NCBI GenBank assembly: GCA_054600435.1
Contig: BAAIJX010000067.1
Span: 1 to 64,000 of the forward strand
Direction of reading: 5' to 3'
DNA: 64,000 nucleotides
DNA from: Neophaeotheca triangularis
Taxonomy: Eukaryota
In this document: piece by piece, positions 25,281 to 37,358 of the stretch
Position numbering within the stretch: the stretch's first letter is position 1
Layout of the letters: each line of letters begins with the position of its first letter
Position numbers and translations under genes: made by a program
Notes under the pieces: generated by a model
What the model saw: the letters and a program-made list of their open reading frames with translations, nothing else
What the model was told of the DNA's origin: nothing
The model's database searches: none

Positions 25281-26180
25281 GAGTTCGCCTTACCCCCCCT
25301 AGTAATCATCATTGACGACGAAACAAGCGAGAGCAAACTTGATAATGACCACCATCCTGCTTTGTCTTCTTCAGCATGCAACACCGACGCTGTTCGATAA
25401 AACGCTACCCCTGTTTGCACGGCTTGATGGAATCACTACGCAACAGCACCAGTGCACCGGGTGTCGTCTCTCGCGATCTTGCCCGCGACTATCTACCGGA
25501 AGGCACGCACTTCCATGGACGGAGCACCCAAGGGTTCACTACTGTATCTCGAGCCGACTTGAAAATCGAGAGAGCAGGAGAGGTAGCAAACCGAGGCTTA
25601 AGCTCATCATCAAGGTCTCTTGTACCCAGGTCGCATTCACACTGCATACTCCTCGGTATCATTGACTAGATCTCGATGTTCCCCATTCGTGGTGCTAGCC
25701 CCTACGGCTTATCGAGGACCTGTTTACAAAGCCTGTGAGTGTGCACCGTTGTACCACGTCCAATTCATGGCTGTGCGGCCCCCCGGCGCGATCTACCGAA
25801 GAGCCTAAGAATATAGTGCCCTTGCCAGGACACCTGCCACTTTCAAACCCATTCATAGATATCTGCTCTCTTTGACATTCACTTCTTCAAAGAATCTGCT
25901 GACTACTTGCGGAATCTATGCTAGAACTCTTCTTCTACCTTCTCATTTGCAACAACCTCCCAAACCATACAAAAACGAGTCCCTCACGGAAGCCGTCCAG
26001 TACGGCGCCGCCCTCTGCATATCTTTTCCAACTTCAAGCAAGCACATTCGGTTTACTCGATCTTATTTCGTGTTCCGTCTTTAGGCCGAGCACTTCACAC
26101 CTTTTTAGGCAACCCGAACGCAACAAGCTGACAGTACTACCTACATCCCTACTCACAGCTCCACCTAGTCCCCTTGTACG

Positions 26181-26682
26181 ATGACTGGACCTCAAAGCTA
26201 TCCCGAAGATTACAACCCCGACCCAAACACCCAGCCGAACGGCGACGTTGAAGCCCAGTAAGCCGCAGGCACGGAAGGAATGTATCAAGGCACTTTTGCT
26301 AACAGCATTGGAGATCTACTGGTCAGAGTTTCGGCATTCTAGTAGGCCGCGACGAGCAGCAGTTCGATATCCACGAACATCTGTTGAAAATCCTGAAAAT
26401 CCACCCCCAGTTCTATCACATGTTGATCAACAGCAACTTCGAGGAAGCCACAAATCGCATCGTAAAGCTTCCTGAGCATGGGACCGACGCATTCGACACG
26501 TTTCGAAAAACTTCATGTACACCGGGAAGATCGCCATCGGGCCAGAAGATGAGAGAAATGCCTTCGGTTTCCGGACGGACGATCTCCCCTGAATCGCCAC
26601 CGCCTGGCACTTGGGAGAATACTTCCTCTTCAACTCTTTGATCTTTATGACGTCCCTCGCCGACGGGATTTTACTTTCATAG
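26181..26682 (+). pseudogene. BTB/POZ paralog copy 3, frameshifted and truncated
   Basis: Same phase-2 GTAAGC intron (26258). Reads FGILVGRDEQQFDIHEHLLK...NFEEATNRIVKLPEHGTDAFDTF, frameshifts in an A run at ~26506-26510 to NFMYTGKI, has an in-frame TGA at ~26590, then AWHLGEY. C-terminus missing. Confidence 0.8.
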
Positions 26683-27262
26683 CACCATAGCATTTGGCAA
26701 TCATTCCTTCACAACGAAATGCGCATGGACTGAGCGATTAGAGCATGCGATTGATATTTCTGAGAGCAAGGGCCGCGAAAGGCGCACGAGGGAGTTGAAG
26801 AGCCGAGTCAAAGTATATATCGTATTCTTCGCTGTCCCTTTCTGTTGTATTCATACTAAGAGCGGCTCCATCATTTGCTACCCGTTTCCCCCGTAATTTG
26901 ATACCCCTAAGCTTCGCTGCGTCGCACGGGTAATATAGGTAGAACTGAGTGCTTACAAAAGCAAGGCTGGCACGCTGGACGTCACCCCCCTTTTGGCTGG
27001 GTTCAGGTAGCTTTGACATGTTTCATTCACTCTAGCAGTGAAGGTGGTCCATTAGTGCTTGCTCACCAATCCTTTCTTCCCTTTTTAGGATCTGCAGCGA
27101 GATTTGGTCGTCTGGCCTCTTACCTACTGCTTCCATATCACAACCTCATCCCTTGAGCTCGTCGACTAACCCTAAGTCATTACCGTACTCCATTCGCACC
27201 TACTGCCTCCCCCCAATCTCCCCCGAAACCCCTCAAAACCCCTCAAGACTTCCAAAGCCTGA

Positions 27263-29372
27263 CTACCTCCAAAGTCCCTCCCTCAAACTTAGCAACCCCT
27301 GCACACAATCCAAATCCTCCTCCTGCGAACTTGAATGACTAGCCCTCTTGACGCCTCTAGAAGCTCCCGCACCCTTAATAGCGCCAACTTCACTACTACC
27401 ATGACCGTCCCCTCGACGATCGCCAGCAGCAGCAGCAGCAGCAGCCCCCTCACCGCTGCCGCGCATAAAAGCCGCGACCTCCTCATCATCCTCATCGTCT
27501 TCATCTTCCAGCTCTTCATCGTCGAGGCCGGCGTGATCGGCACTGGTGAAACCGCGACCCCGCCCGCCTCCGGAAACTGAGACTCCCAGCTTCCTCTTCG
27601 CAGAAGCCAACGGCGAAGTACCCGGGGCAAGAGTACTTCTCAAGCCACTGACGCGAGGTGTGCCGCTCGTACTCACAGCGGTAGTCACGTTGCCGGCATC
27701 GGCATTAGCACTGACGCCGGGGTTCCGGTTCCGTTTTTGAGAAGCCGCAGTCCCCAAAGCAGGTGGCGCCGGAGGGGGGTGTGCGTGGCCGTGGTAGAGT
27801 TGGCGAGGGCGCTCGGGTGACCAGTTTTCCTTGTCGCTGTCGTTGCCTGGGATATATACGCTGACTTGGGAGCCGGTATACTTGAGTTTGGGCTTGGGTT
27901 TGCGTTTGTCTGCGTCGGCGGTGTTTGGGCCGGTTGCCGAGGGCTGCCATGTGCTCGCTCTTTGCAATAGCGGGGTTCTGTTGTCGGTGGAAAGGCGGCG
28001 TCTTTTCGCACTCGTCCCTGTCCCGGAGTGTTGGTGTTGCGAGAGGCGCTTGTGGTTGCTGCTCTGGCTGGCGCCAAGGATGGATCTTCGGCCGCTGTTG
28101 GAGCGCATAAGACCGATAGCTTCGGCCGCGTCGTTTTGGGTAGGCTGAGAAGAGACGGCCTCTTTCTCTGCTTTCTCTGCTTCCAGGCGGGCATCTTTGT
28201 CGCACCAGAATTCCCAGGTTCGAGAGTCGCGAGAACGGCCGCTTGCTGAACGACGCAGCTTTTTCTGCGCGTTGGCGCTGGTGGTGCTGTCGAGGCTTTG
28301 GCGGAAGTTCAAGCTCGAAGTTCCGGATTGGTTGCTGCCGGTGCTGAGACCGAAGGCGCTTGGTGGGAGTTGAGCGGCTCGTGGAGGCGACGGATCGGTG
28401 CTATCTTTGGTTGAAACGACGGCTTTGCCTTCGGAATCCATAGCTAAATGGACGGAGGCTACGCGTCTCAGAGAGCGCGGAGGAGCCGCAGAAGGTGGGG
28501 TTGTAGTCGGCGGGATTGTAGACTCGACTGCTGGAAGTGGTTCGTTTTGTGAGGAGCGGAAGAATGAGCCGCTGCGACGGTTGGAGAGATAGCCCATTTC
28601 ATGCGAATTGGAGGGTGCCGGGAAAGAGGAAGTAGGCGGTTCGTACGCGACGCGCTCTTCTGCCTCCCTCAAGACGGCGCGAGCGCGGTCGCCGACCATG
28701 TCTGCGGAGGGCGCAGCGTGAGGTGCCTGCAGCTCAGATGTAGTTTTTTCCAACGTCGCCTTCTTCTCACGCTCGGACAGACCATCCGCGTCCGTCTGGC
28801 GGAGCACCTCAACTCCAGATGCATCAAGACTGGATCTGAGCTCGCTATCGTCGCCCGAGCCGAAAGAAGATCGTCCGAATTGATACTGGGCGATTTCGTG
28901 GGGGAGGAGGGGTCGGGCTTTGCGACGGGAGCTCTGACGACGGTTCTGGAACCAGATCTACAGCGCGGCGTTGGTGATTGAGACTATGAGATTGACTAGT
29001 ACTGATACTCTTACCTGCACTTCCTTTTCACCAAGCGCGACTTGGTCGACGATTTCGAGTCGCGCAGCGCGGTCGGGTTTTGGGTCGCGCTTGTAAGCAG
29101 CCTCGAGGACGGCTTGGTCTTCGGGACTGCGACGGGCAATCAGTACAAATGTGTTAATTCGCGAGCAACGGTAGGTGGCTCTACCTCGTTCTCTTCCGCT
29201 TTTGTCGAGTCAATGCCTTGTTGTCGATCACTGGCGGCTGTTTGTTGGGTAGAGTCTCGCTGTCATGGTTGAGAAACGGGTAGCCTTGGGATGCTAATGG
29301 TGGAGCGGTGGACCTTGCGACGGCCTCTTCGGTCAAGTCGATGGTGTTGTCCGACGAGTTGTTGTCGCTCAT
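27263..29372 (-). CDS. Homeobox transcription factor, Yox1-like (exons 29372-29185, 29126-29015, 28957-27263)
   Basis: Spliced RQKRKRTSPEDQAVLEAAYKRDPKPDRAARLEIVDQVALGEKEVQIWFQNRRQ homeodomain, a later DKENWSP (KEN box) and C-terminal DLDCVQGLLSL. Confidence 0.9.
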
Positions 29373-29727
29373 GGCGGAGCGGGGGAACAATGAGTTGGGA
29401 GCGGAACCAGTTGTGAATGGGGTGTGGGAGGGAAGAAGACGAAGAGAAGTGGGTAGTAAGGTAGTCGCGATATGGTATGTAGAGACGCGACCACGAAGGA
29501 AGGCGCGACTTGCGCCAAGCGCACGGTCCCCCAACTCTGCAACATATCGGTATGCAATATGCAAGTACATGCCACAACACGATCCCTTTATTTAAACACC
29601 ACCTGCAACTTCAAATACTCATATCGACCTCGAATTCAATCGAGTACATCAGGGTTCGAACCGGATCACCATCCTTCCAAGTCGATAGCACACTTACGGA
29701 CACGTTGCCCGTGCAGGGCATACAGAA

Positions 29728-30469
29728 ATGCCAAAGAAATCCCTCCCCACTCACCAAACACGCCCCCTCCGCGCTAGCACGTGACCAACCAGAGCTTCGT
29801 CCGATTCTCGCCGAAACATGTCTCAAGCCAGACCTCACCTGCTCTCTCGGCGCCGCTCGATTAACCTCACTGCGATATCTCGAGCCCAAACCTGCCTCAA
29901 TACTGCCATCAGCTCCCGTCTGAGGCACTGGACTACACCGGTATATCGTCTCACAAGCTGCTAGGGCGACCGTCAATCTACCACCCTGCCACCGCTGATA
30001 TTGCAAGAGCAAGGGCGATGGAGCTCAGGATCATCACGCTGCTTAGCATTGCATCCTCTCGGCGCCTGTTGCTATCAAAGTCGTACACATAGTCAGCTAG
30101 GTATTTCTTACTGCGTCAACTCGTTTTCGTTCTCCGTTTATTTTCAAAAAGATGGCAACTTTTCACCGTTAGCTCTGCGCAAGCCTTTGAGTCTCTTCAA
30201 GATCTATGTATGCTGTCAGCGACTCGCGTCCGGGGATTCCGAAGTTGGTTGTTGCGTACGCGGACAAGGAGTTTGCGAAGAGCGGTGGTGTTAGCATGTT
30301 GGAGTTTGCACGCAAGCGGATTGGCAAGGGGCATGAGTTCTATATTGATCTCTTGGCTTAGACTGTTAAAGGGGATCTCCAGGTTGAGAAGCATGAGCAA
30401 GTTTGATGTTTGTTCCTTGAGCATGTGGATCGTGACGGGCAGGGGTGTTACACGACGATGTTTGCTTAA
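29728..30469 (+). pseudogene. BTB/POZ paralog copy 4, heavily degraded
   Basis: Manual translation gives KIYVCCQRLASG/IPKLVV...GKGHEFYIDLLA*...V*CLFLEHVDRDGQGCYTTMFA* (stops at 30359, 30404, 30467), which aligns to copy 1 IYCISSGSSGIRKLLV...GKDHEFFFDVA...CAYHEHLNGKGKCCYKEMF. The 5' limit is approximate. Confidence 0.7.
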
Positions 30470-31203
30470 GCGGACGCGGGCTAAAGAGCTGGATGGAATG
30501 GGGAGGTCTTAATCGCTTTGGGAGCGGCCGCCAGGTCGAAAGGTTCGTCTGCCGCGGAGAGCGGTGCGGGCGGGCGGCGCGTGGTGGGAAAAGCTCAGCT
30601 TCATATAAGACTTCACTCTGTCGCGGTTTTAGGGGAGGCATGGCAAAGAAAGGTGGTAGGAAAGACATCATCACCACGGAGGGAGACGTGAACCCAACAG
30701 AACGAATGGGAAGGTCATGTATATAGTCACGAATCGTGAAGCAAGTACTCCCTTTACTGCATTGTTTCCTCCAGCGCCGAGTCGCCCGTCCGGTGCCGTA
30801 CCACCTTCGTAGCAATGTTGCGGAAAGACGCGTGAATCGGAGGGTGTGGGAATGTCGTGATCCTTGTGCTTTCGAAAGCGACTTTGGGGGCGGTGTGGAG
30901 TGATTTTTTCTTTTGTGAGTCGTTCGTTTCGGTATGTATAGATGGCTGAATGCTGGAAAATGACTGAACCGCGCTTATGAGGATGGCAATGAGATGAGGT
31001 AGGTAGGGAGAGCGTGTAGTAAAGCGGCGCCGGCTGGACTGGGCTTCTTTAGGTATTGGTGGGAAAAGAAAAACCAGTTTCTACACCGTCTGCTATATAT
31101 GCTTAAGTCTCGCCGTATGCAGTCGCTTCCATATACAGCCGTCTCTTGACAGCAGTCGCTTGCGGGCTCTGGTGCGAGCTGTTTGAGCAGTTGAATCACT
31201 CCC

Positions 31204-32970
31204 TTATGCCCGCTTAGATACCTTGACCGGACATTCGCCAATCTGGTAGCTAAACCACGTACTCGCGTGAGTCCAGTGCTGTTTGGGATCGACAAGCTCG
31301 AACTGCAACCGATAAGTCAGCAAAAGACTCAATACACCCCGCAACGTCTCAGACTCCCCCGTGACAAGGAAACGAGCCAGAACATACCTCAAACCGCTTG
31401 AGCAGCGTCGATATGGTTTTCGTAACTTCCAACATCGCCATCCTCTTGCCCAAACAAACCCGACTGCCCGCCCCAAATGACAGAATACTCGCCCTCATCT
31501 TCTTACTCCTAACCGCAAACTCCTCCTCCCCCTCCCCTTCCTTTCTCAGCCACCTTTCCGGCACATACTCATCGCGATCCTCCCCGAACACCTCCTCGGT
31601 CCGCTGCACCACGTACGGGTTCATGCCAACAATAGTGCCAGGAGGGATCTGCGAGCCATCGGTAAGGATTAGGCCTTCTGGGCCCACGATGCGTTCGAGG
31701 AGGCCCGACACGCCCGGCCACGTTCGCGTGCCTTCTTGGATGCAGGCGTCGAGGTAGGGGAGTTGCAGAGCGGTTGTGTAGTCGGAGGGGAAGGAGAGGG
31801 GGGTGGCGTCGAGTTCGGCTACGAGACGGTTTTTGATGCGCGGGTTGCGGATGATGTTGTAGAGGATTGCGTTGAGGGTGATGGCTGTCGTGTCGCCTAA
31901 AAAGGGTGTCAGTGTTGGCTCGACGGGGCTGTGGTTGGGGTTCGGTGGTTTTGCAGGCCGATGATGGCGAGATGGAGACTCGACCTTTAGCTAGCAGACT
32001 TGCATCCCGATGCTGCCGCGACACGATGGGTGAGAGACCTACCAGATGCAAGAACGTTGAGAGTGGACCAGCCAAGGACAGACACGTCACTAGCCGCAAC
32101 CTTGGGGTCATTCTTGAGCGAGACAAAGAAATCGAGGAAGTCGTTCTTCTCCAGCTCAACCCCCTTCGTCTTAGCCTCCTCAATCTCCGCGAACCGCTCG
32201 CCCAGCTTCGCCATGCAGTACTCGACAGCCCACAGCGACGAGCCGGAAGAGAAGTTGACATACCCCCTTAACATCTTAGTAGCGGGCCAATCGATTCTAG
32301 ACCCCATCTGGCCCTTCTGCGCCATCCAATAAGTGCCCTTCTCCCCACTCTCAATCTGCGAATTGATATCGTGACCAGCATCCAACATGCCAATGCGCTT
32401 GCTAAACGTAAACTCGGAAGCGACATCGTAAGCATAGAACTTCATCATAGCTCCCAAATCCATGGTCTTGCCCGTTTTGACGAAGCGCTCCTCCAGCAAA
32501 CCGCAGAAATACGTCAGCGTCTCATCAATGCGCGGTTGCAGCGCGAGCATGCGCGGGTGCGAGTTATAGAAGGCGTGGATGGGCGCCACCATGCCGCGGT
32601 GGGTTTCCTTGTTGCGCACGCCGAAGACGTTTTGGATCACTTTGCCTCCTGGCAGCATGACATCTTGGGCGGAGTAGAAGTCGGATTTGACGAAGGCGCT
32701 GGAAAGTCGGGAGCCGTAGATTTTGGGGATCAGAGAAGCGTCGGCGATGGAGACGAGATTGGGCCCGTAGCGGACTGCGGCGCCGTGGCGGCGGTGCTGC
32801 TCCAGGAGGATGGTGTGTTGTTGGTCCCATTTTGTATAGCGGAACCAGTCGGTCAATCGAGCAAGGGTTGGGCCGGGGTATCTGGATAGCGGAGAGAAGA
32901 ATAAGGTGTAGAGGTATTGAGAGAGAACGATGAGGGCCAGGGCGATGCCTGCAAGCACGAGGTTGAACAT
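31204..32970 (-). CDS. Cytochrome P450 monooxygenase, ~511 aa (exons 32970-32043, 31896-31388, 31302-31204)
   Basis: N-terminal anchor plus PLSRYPGP, I-helix ASGDTT, ExxR (EGTR), PERW and heme motif FGAGSRVCLG. Confidence 0.93.
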
Positions 32971-34554
32971 GGTGGCGGCGGTGGCGGCAGATCTGGGGGA
33001 GTTGCTTGTGAGAGGGGAACCACGCCGCGGGCGCGAGGGGGAAGCCTCTTTTTGACGAGGATCCTGAGGGGCATCTTGTCGGATTAGAAGCTCTTTCGTT
33101 GGAGGGAACTAATCGTGAGGCCCTTCGCTTGTATCCTGCGACTCCTGCTCTCTGCTTCCGCGGTTGCCGGTTTTTGTGGAGAATGAGCGTAGAGCAGTTC
33201 GTCGAAGGATGAGCGGTCGCTTCATGAGGTGGGGCGGGCGCATAGGGAGTACACGTATGAGGTGATAACGGGAACAAAATTACACAAGGATATCGTGGAG
33301 CCCAAGTGATTGATACCGTATGCATTGACCTGACGTTGGACGGTTGGAGCCAGCTTAGGGTGTCAAGTTAGCAGCACCGGCGTTCGGGCCGGGGGACGGC
33401 AGACGGCCGCCCGCAACGGCTTCTCCGCATCTATATATCTTCCGTGCAATCAGTTTTGCGGCTTACTGTTTTGTGGTTATCAAGCAACATCACGTTACTT
33501 CGCCTATTTCCGCCAAGATGCTGTGCACGCGAGGCGAAGGGTTGTCGACGTCTGCCATGTCAAAGTGCCGGCATGATAAGCGGTGGCGTTTCAACGAAGC
33601 TTTGCTGCTGCAATCCTGCTGTCGGTACTGGTGAATTCTTCGTCGGCTTCTATCTCAGCAGTGCCGTACTGAAATATGTGGATTCTGGATTTTGGCATAT
33701 TTCCTCGCTCAAGTGAGAAAGCTGGAAAGCAGACGAATCGTTCCCTGTCTAAAAGTAACGAAGTCCACGGGGTCAAACGTCGAGTTACTAAACGTCGGAC
33801 GTGCTTTGATCAACGCTTGGTAACAAGACTTATCCCTCGACTCGTGGCCCACCGCCTCTTCTTTCCTAGTGCACTAGCCCGGAGCTCTGCTCATAGTAGG
33901 TGTTAGCTGTATCCTAGTGAGACTGGTGCTACCCATAGTCTCTTCTCCCCCTTGTAGCTTTCATTTGGCTCCCCCTTGATCAACACGTTCTCCGCTACCT
34001 TCTGCAGTCATGACCTGCCATTCGTGAAAAGCCGTCCGAATCTCGTGGCACCACATGGTATGAGCAGTAAACCTGGTGCGTAGCGTGGCCGGAGTTTCCC
34101 ACCTCGACTCGTCTTCCTTGGTTTCGCCCTCTTCTTGTCAAGCGAACTTCGACTGCCTACTTAGCATGTCGATCTTTTTCGAGGTTTGCACAGGTTCGAA
34201 TTGCCAGGTTCAATCATGTGAAGCCCGCCCCTTTTGTTTTATACATGAGTCTGTACCGCTATGTCGCCAATTGAACATTTGCCACGTCCCTAAAAATGTG
34301 TTCCCACCATTTCGATCACAGCGGGTAGATCACCAACCAGCGCCCCTTCAGCGTTGCGAGTTTCGAGCTCCTTTTTCTCTACTAAGTCTTGGTTGTTGTG
34401 ATCTGCTGCAAATCGCTCTCCCGTACCAGACGTTACGGCCCTTTTCATCTCAGCTTCAACAGGCGGATCCAAACCGACTTCTACGGCCCCGATTCATTCC
34501 CTGGACCTAGGCCCAAAAACAATCCATCGAGAGATCGCCCGTGAGTATTTCACG

Positions 34555-35724
34555 ATGGCCAACGCCCTCGGCGGCCGCGGCCCCGTCATCATCATTGTCC
34601 TCTGGGTCGAATCCATCATCGCCTGCATCACCTGCGCCCTGCGCGTGCACACGCGCATGAACATTTCCAAAGCGCGCTTCGGCTGGGACGACGGACTCTC
34701 AGTGGCATCGGGAGTCGTCCTCATCGGCGCCGCAGCGACGGGAACCTGGTCAACACTCGAAGGCTACGGGCGCGCCACTGAAGACGTCCTGGCTATCGAC
34801 CCGCGGCTTGTGCCTCGGGCGCTGTTGGCACGCATTATCAGCCAGGCGTTTATGATTGTAGGGATTGCGACGAGTAAGGCGAGCGTTGCGGCGTTTTTGC
34901 TGCGCATTGTTGCCGTCCAGTGGCATAAGGCTGTGTTGTGGTTTACTATGCTGAGTCTTGCAACGCTGACGACGATTATCAATGTTCTGAATTTTTTGCA
35001 GTGCACGCCGCCGCGGGAGACGTGGGAGCGAACGGGAGATGGTTATTGCTGGCTCGATATCACGCCGCCGTCCCTGACGCTGGGCATTTACTGCACCATT
35101 GTCGATTTTGGGCTGGCATTGTTTCCCTGGCTCGTGGTGTGGAATCTTAACATGCCCAAGAAGGATAAGATCAATATTGGGTCTGCGCTGAGTCTGGGCG
35201 TGTTGGCGGGAATTGCGGGTGCGATTCGCACGTCTGAGATCCCAACCTTGGGGAGCCGCGACCAGCTGTGAGTAGCATAGCACTTCTTTCATGCCTCCAA
35301 AGACTCAAATACTAACCAATGCGCTAGACTGGACACTGTCCGCTTCTTCCTCTACAGCAACTCGGAGCTGGCAATCACCGTCATCGCCGCCAACATCGCC
35401 GCCCTGCGCCCCTTGTGGAAGAAATGGCTCGGCCGCCGCACCAACGTAACCTCAAGCAAAGCCAGCGCACCCTTGGGACACGCCACCATCGGCGGTACGG
35501 AGCCCTCCCGGCACCGCACAGCCGGCAGTCAGGGTTGGAACGAGCTGGACAAGTTCGGCGCGGGCTTGGGAAACAAGGGAAGAGGGCATAATCAGGCTAG
35601 TGCCGTGGGCCCAGAGAACACGAGCGAGGAGAACATATTGCAGCCTAAGGATGGTATTAGGGTGAAGGATGAGTTGGATGTATCGGTGGAGAGCAGGTAC
35701 TCACTAGAGAGTGGGAAGCGGTAA
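34555..35724 (+). CDS. PTH11/SAT4-like fungal rhodopsin-domain integral membrane protein, no CFEM domain (intron 35268-35327)
   Basis: LRVHTR...FGWDD...GYGR...SKASVAAFLLRI...QCTP...W...C...DFGLALFPW...LNMPKKDK...ELAITVIAANIAALRPL, with about 7 hydrophobic helices. Confidence 0.9.
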
Positions 35725-36493
35725 AGTCAGTTATAGGGGATTTCAGGAGTCAGGAAGGTTTTCCGGGGAGGTTGAAAATGTTGATGTACTGAATAGACGT
35801 ACTATAAGACTCAATATAGAGCCATAGACCATGCTTCTGGGCGGTGGGTCGAGAGTGAGGCCCAAACTCGGTAGATTTCGAGGTGTGGTTTTCTCTTGAA
35901 GGTACTCGCGGAGTACCGAATGTTATTCGAGTGACTTGAATGCCTCCCTATTACTCACATTGCATCAGTAAAGCTTCTGCCGCCAAACCATATTTCACTC
36001 ATGGTTGGTACAGGATTACGTTTAGTTTTCTGCGCAGAGCCGAGATCTAAGCACAACAACTGGAGTTTTCTCCCTCTGTCCCAGCGCGGACTGTTCCGCT
36101 TTGGAATTGAAATGGCAAGAAGGCCCGATCAGGTACAAGGTCGTGCTGGGCGAACAGGGCGCTCGCGACTGGCGTACCGCGATCGTGCGCCGTTACTAGC
36201 TTTCATGCATGAGATATTAGCACTAACAGAAACATATTTGTTGTACGGGAAACCTCGGCTGTCATTGCGCAGCCCGAGACTCTTGAGCTAGCAAAGGTGT
36301 TGGTAGGGCTTGTCTCTGCTATGTACATCCTGCTAGAACTGCATGCCACTCCAATAGCAGCCATCGTTCCTCCTCTTGATCCCGCTGTTGTGTAGGCGCG
36401 CGGAAAGAGCTGTTGATACAGTAGAGTCATCGCTCGAAAATCGCCACTTATCGTTGTCTCCATCTCCGACTCGTCTCAGTCTCGGTCTTCCGT

Positions 36494-37034
36494 TCATGGT
36501 CGCATAGTACGCAGGCCTTGTCTCGAGGGCGCCGACGCGCGCTTGAAGCTCTGTTTGCGTGAAAATGGTCAGTCACATGTTCACATCGTGGTACCCGCGC
36601 CCTTGTCCCTCAAGCCTTGTAAGATCGTCCTCGTCGTATCCCTTGAACGCTACGGAGTTTATCGTCTCTTCCCTCCGTTCAGATGTGCCACCCCCTCGAT
36701 TGGAATCCATAACTTACGCTATCGCATTCTTCCCAAGCCCTTCCGGCACCAAATCCCAGCCCTGTGAACACCGGCCAAGCCCGCCTCTTGAACAAGATAA
36801 CCGAGAAGATGACGCCAAAGGATGCACCCAAAGTGCTGCGGATGAGGAGGGTGCTGAGGCAGTGGTCCCACTGTGAATGAAAGGAGAATGTTAAAGGTTT
36901 GAATTCACGGGCGAATTGCGGGTTGCTTGTGAGCATTCTCTTACCTTCTCGTTGAGCAATGCCTCGCTCATGGGCCTGCTTGCGCGTGTTGCCGGCGCGG
37001 CGACGGTGGGGTTCGGGGTGGTGGAGTCGGCCAT
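36494..37034 (-). CDS. MIC10: MICOS complex subunit Mic10 (3 exons)
   Basis: Spliced ...SEALLNEK|WDHCLSTLLIRSTLGASFGVIFSVILFKRRAWPVFTGLGFGAGRAWEECDS|SFKRAS; FKRR loop and GxGxGxG motif. Confidence 0.93.
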
Positions 37035-37358
37035 TGCAGGAGAGTAGAAGCTCGCGTAGTAGTTCGAGACCTTTGGTATGTAGGCTGAGGAGGATATTGG
37101 TGAGAGGTGCCGGTGTCAATGTCGCTGCCCTTGTTTCTCCTACGCTTCCACTGCTTGAAGCTTGATGGAGGTGCGGTTGCTAGCTCCGTTCATGCAGTGC
37201 ACGGCCACGCCCGAAAGCGCTAACCCCATTGGGAAACTTTCTCTCGCTTTTGGTCTCGCAAAGTCCGACGTCTGACCTTTTCGATATCAGAAAGCCCCCC
37301 ACATTCCAGAAGGGAGTCTGATTTGGGACTCGGAGATCTGTGTAGATTCCCGGTCAAG

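Noticed and set aside
27167..27175. TAACCCTAA, matching a filamentous-fungal telomerase RNA template
   Set aside because: It lies ~90 bp from the homeobox stop codon, so a kb-long + strand RNA would run antisense through that CDS. No other telomerase RNA elements were recognised.
29650..29670. GGTTCGAA T-loop-like word (also at ~34194)
   Set aside because: No cloverleaf or A box could be built, so no tRNA is called.
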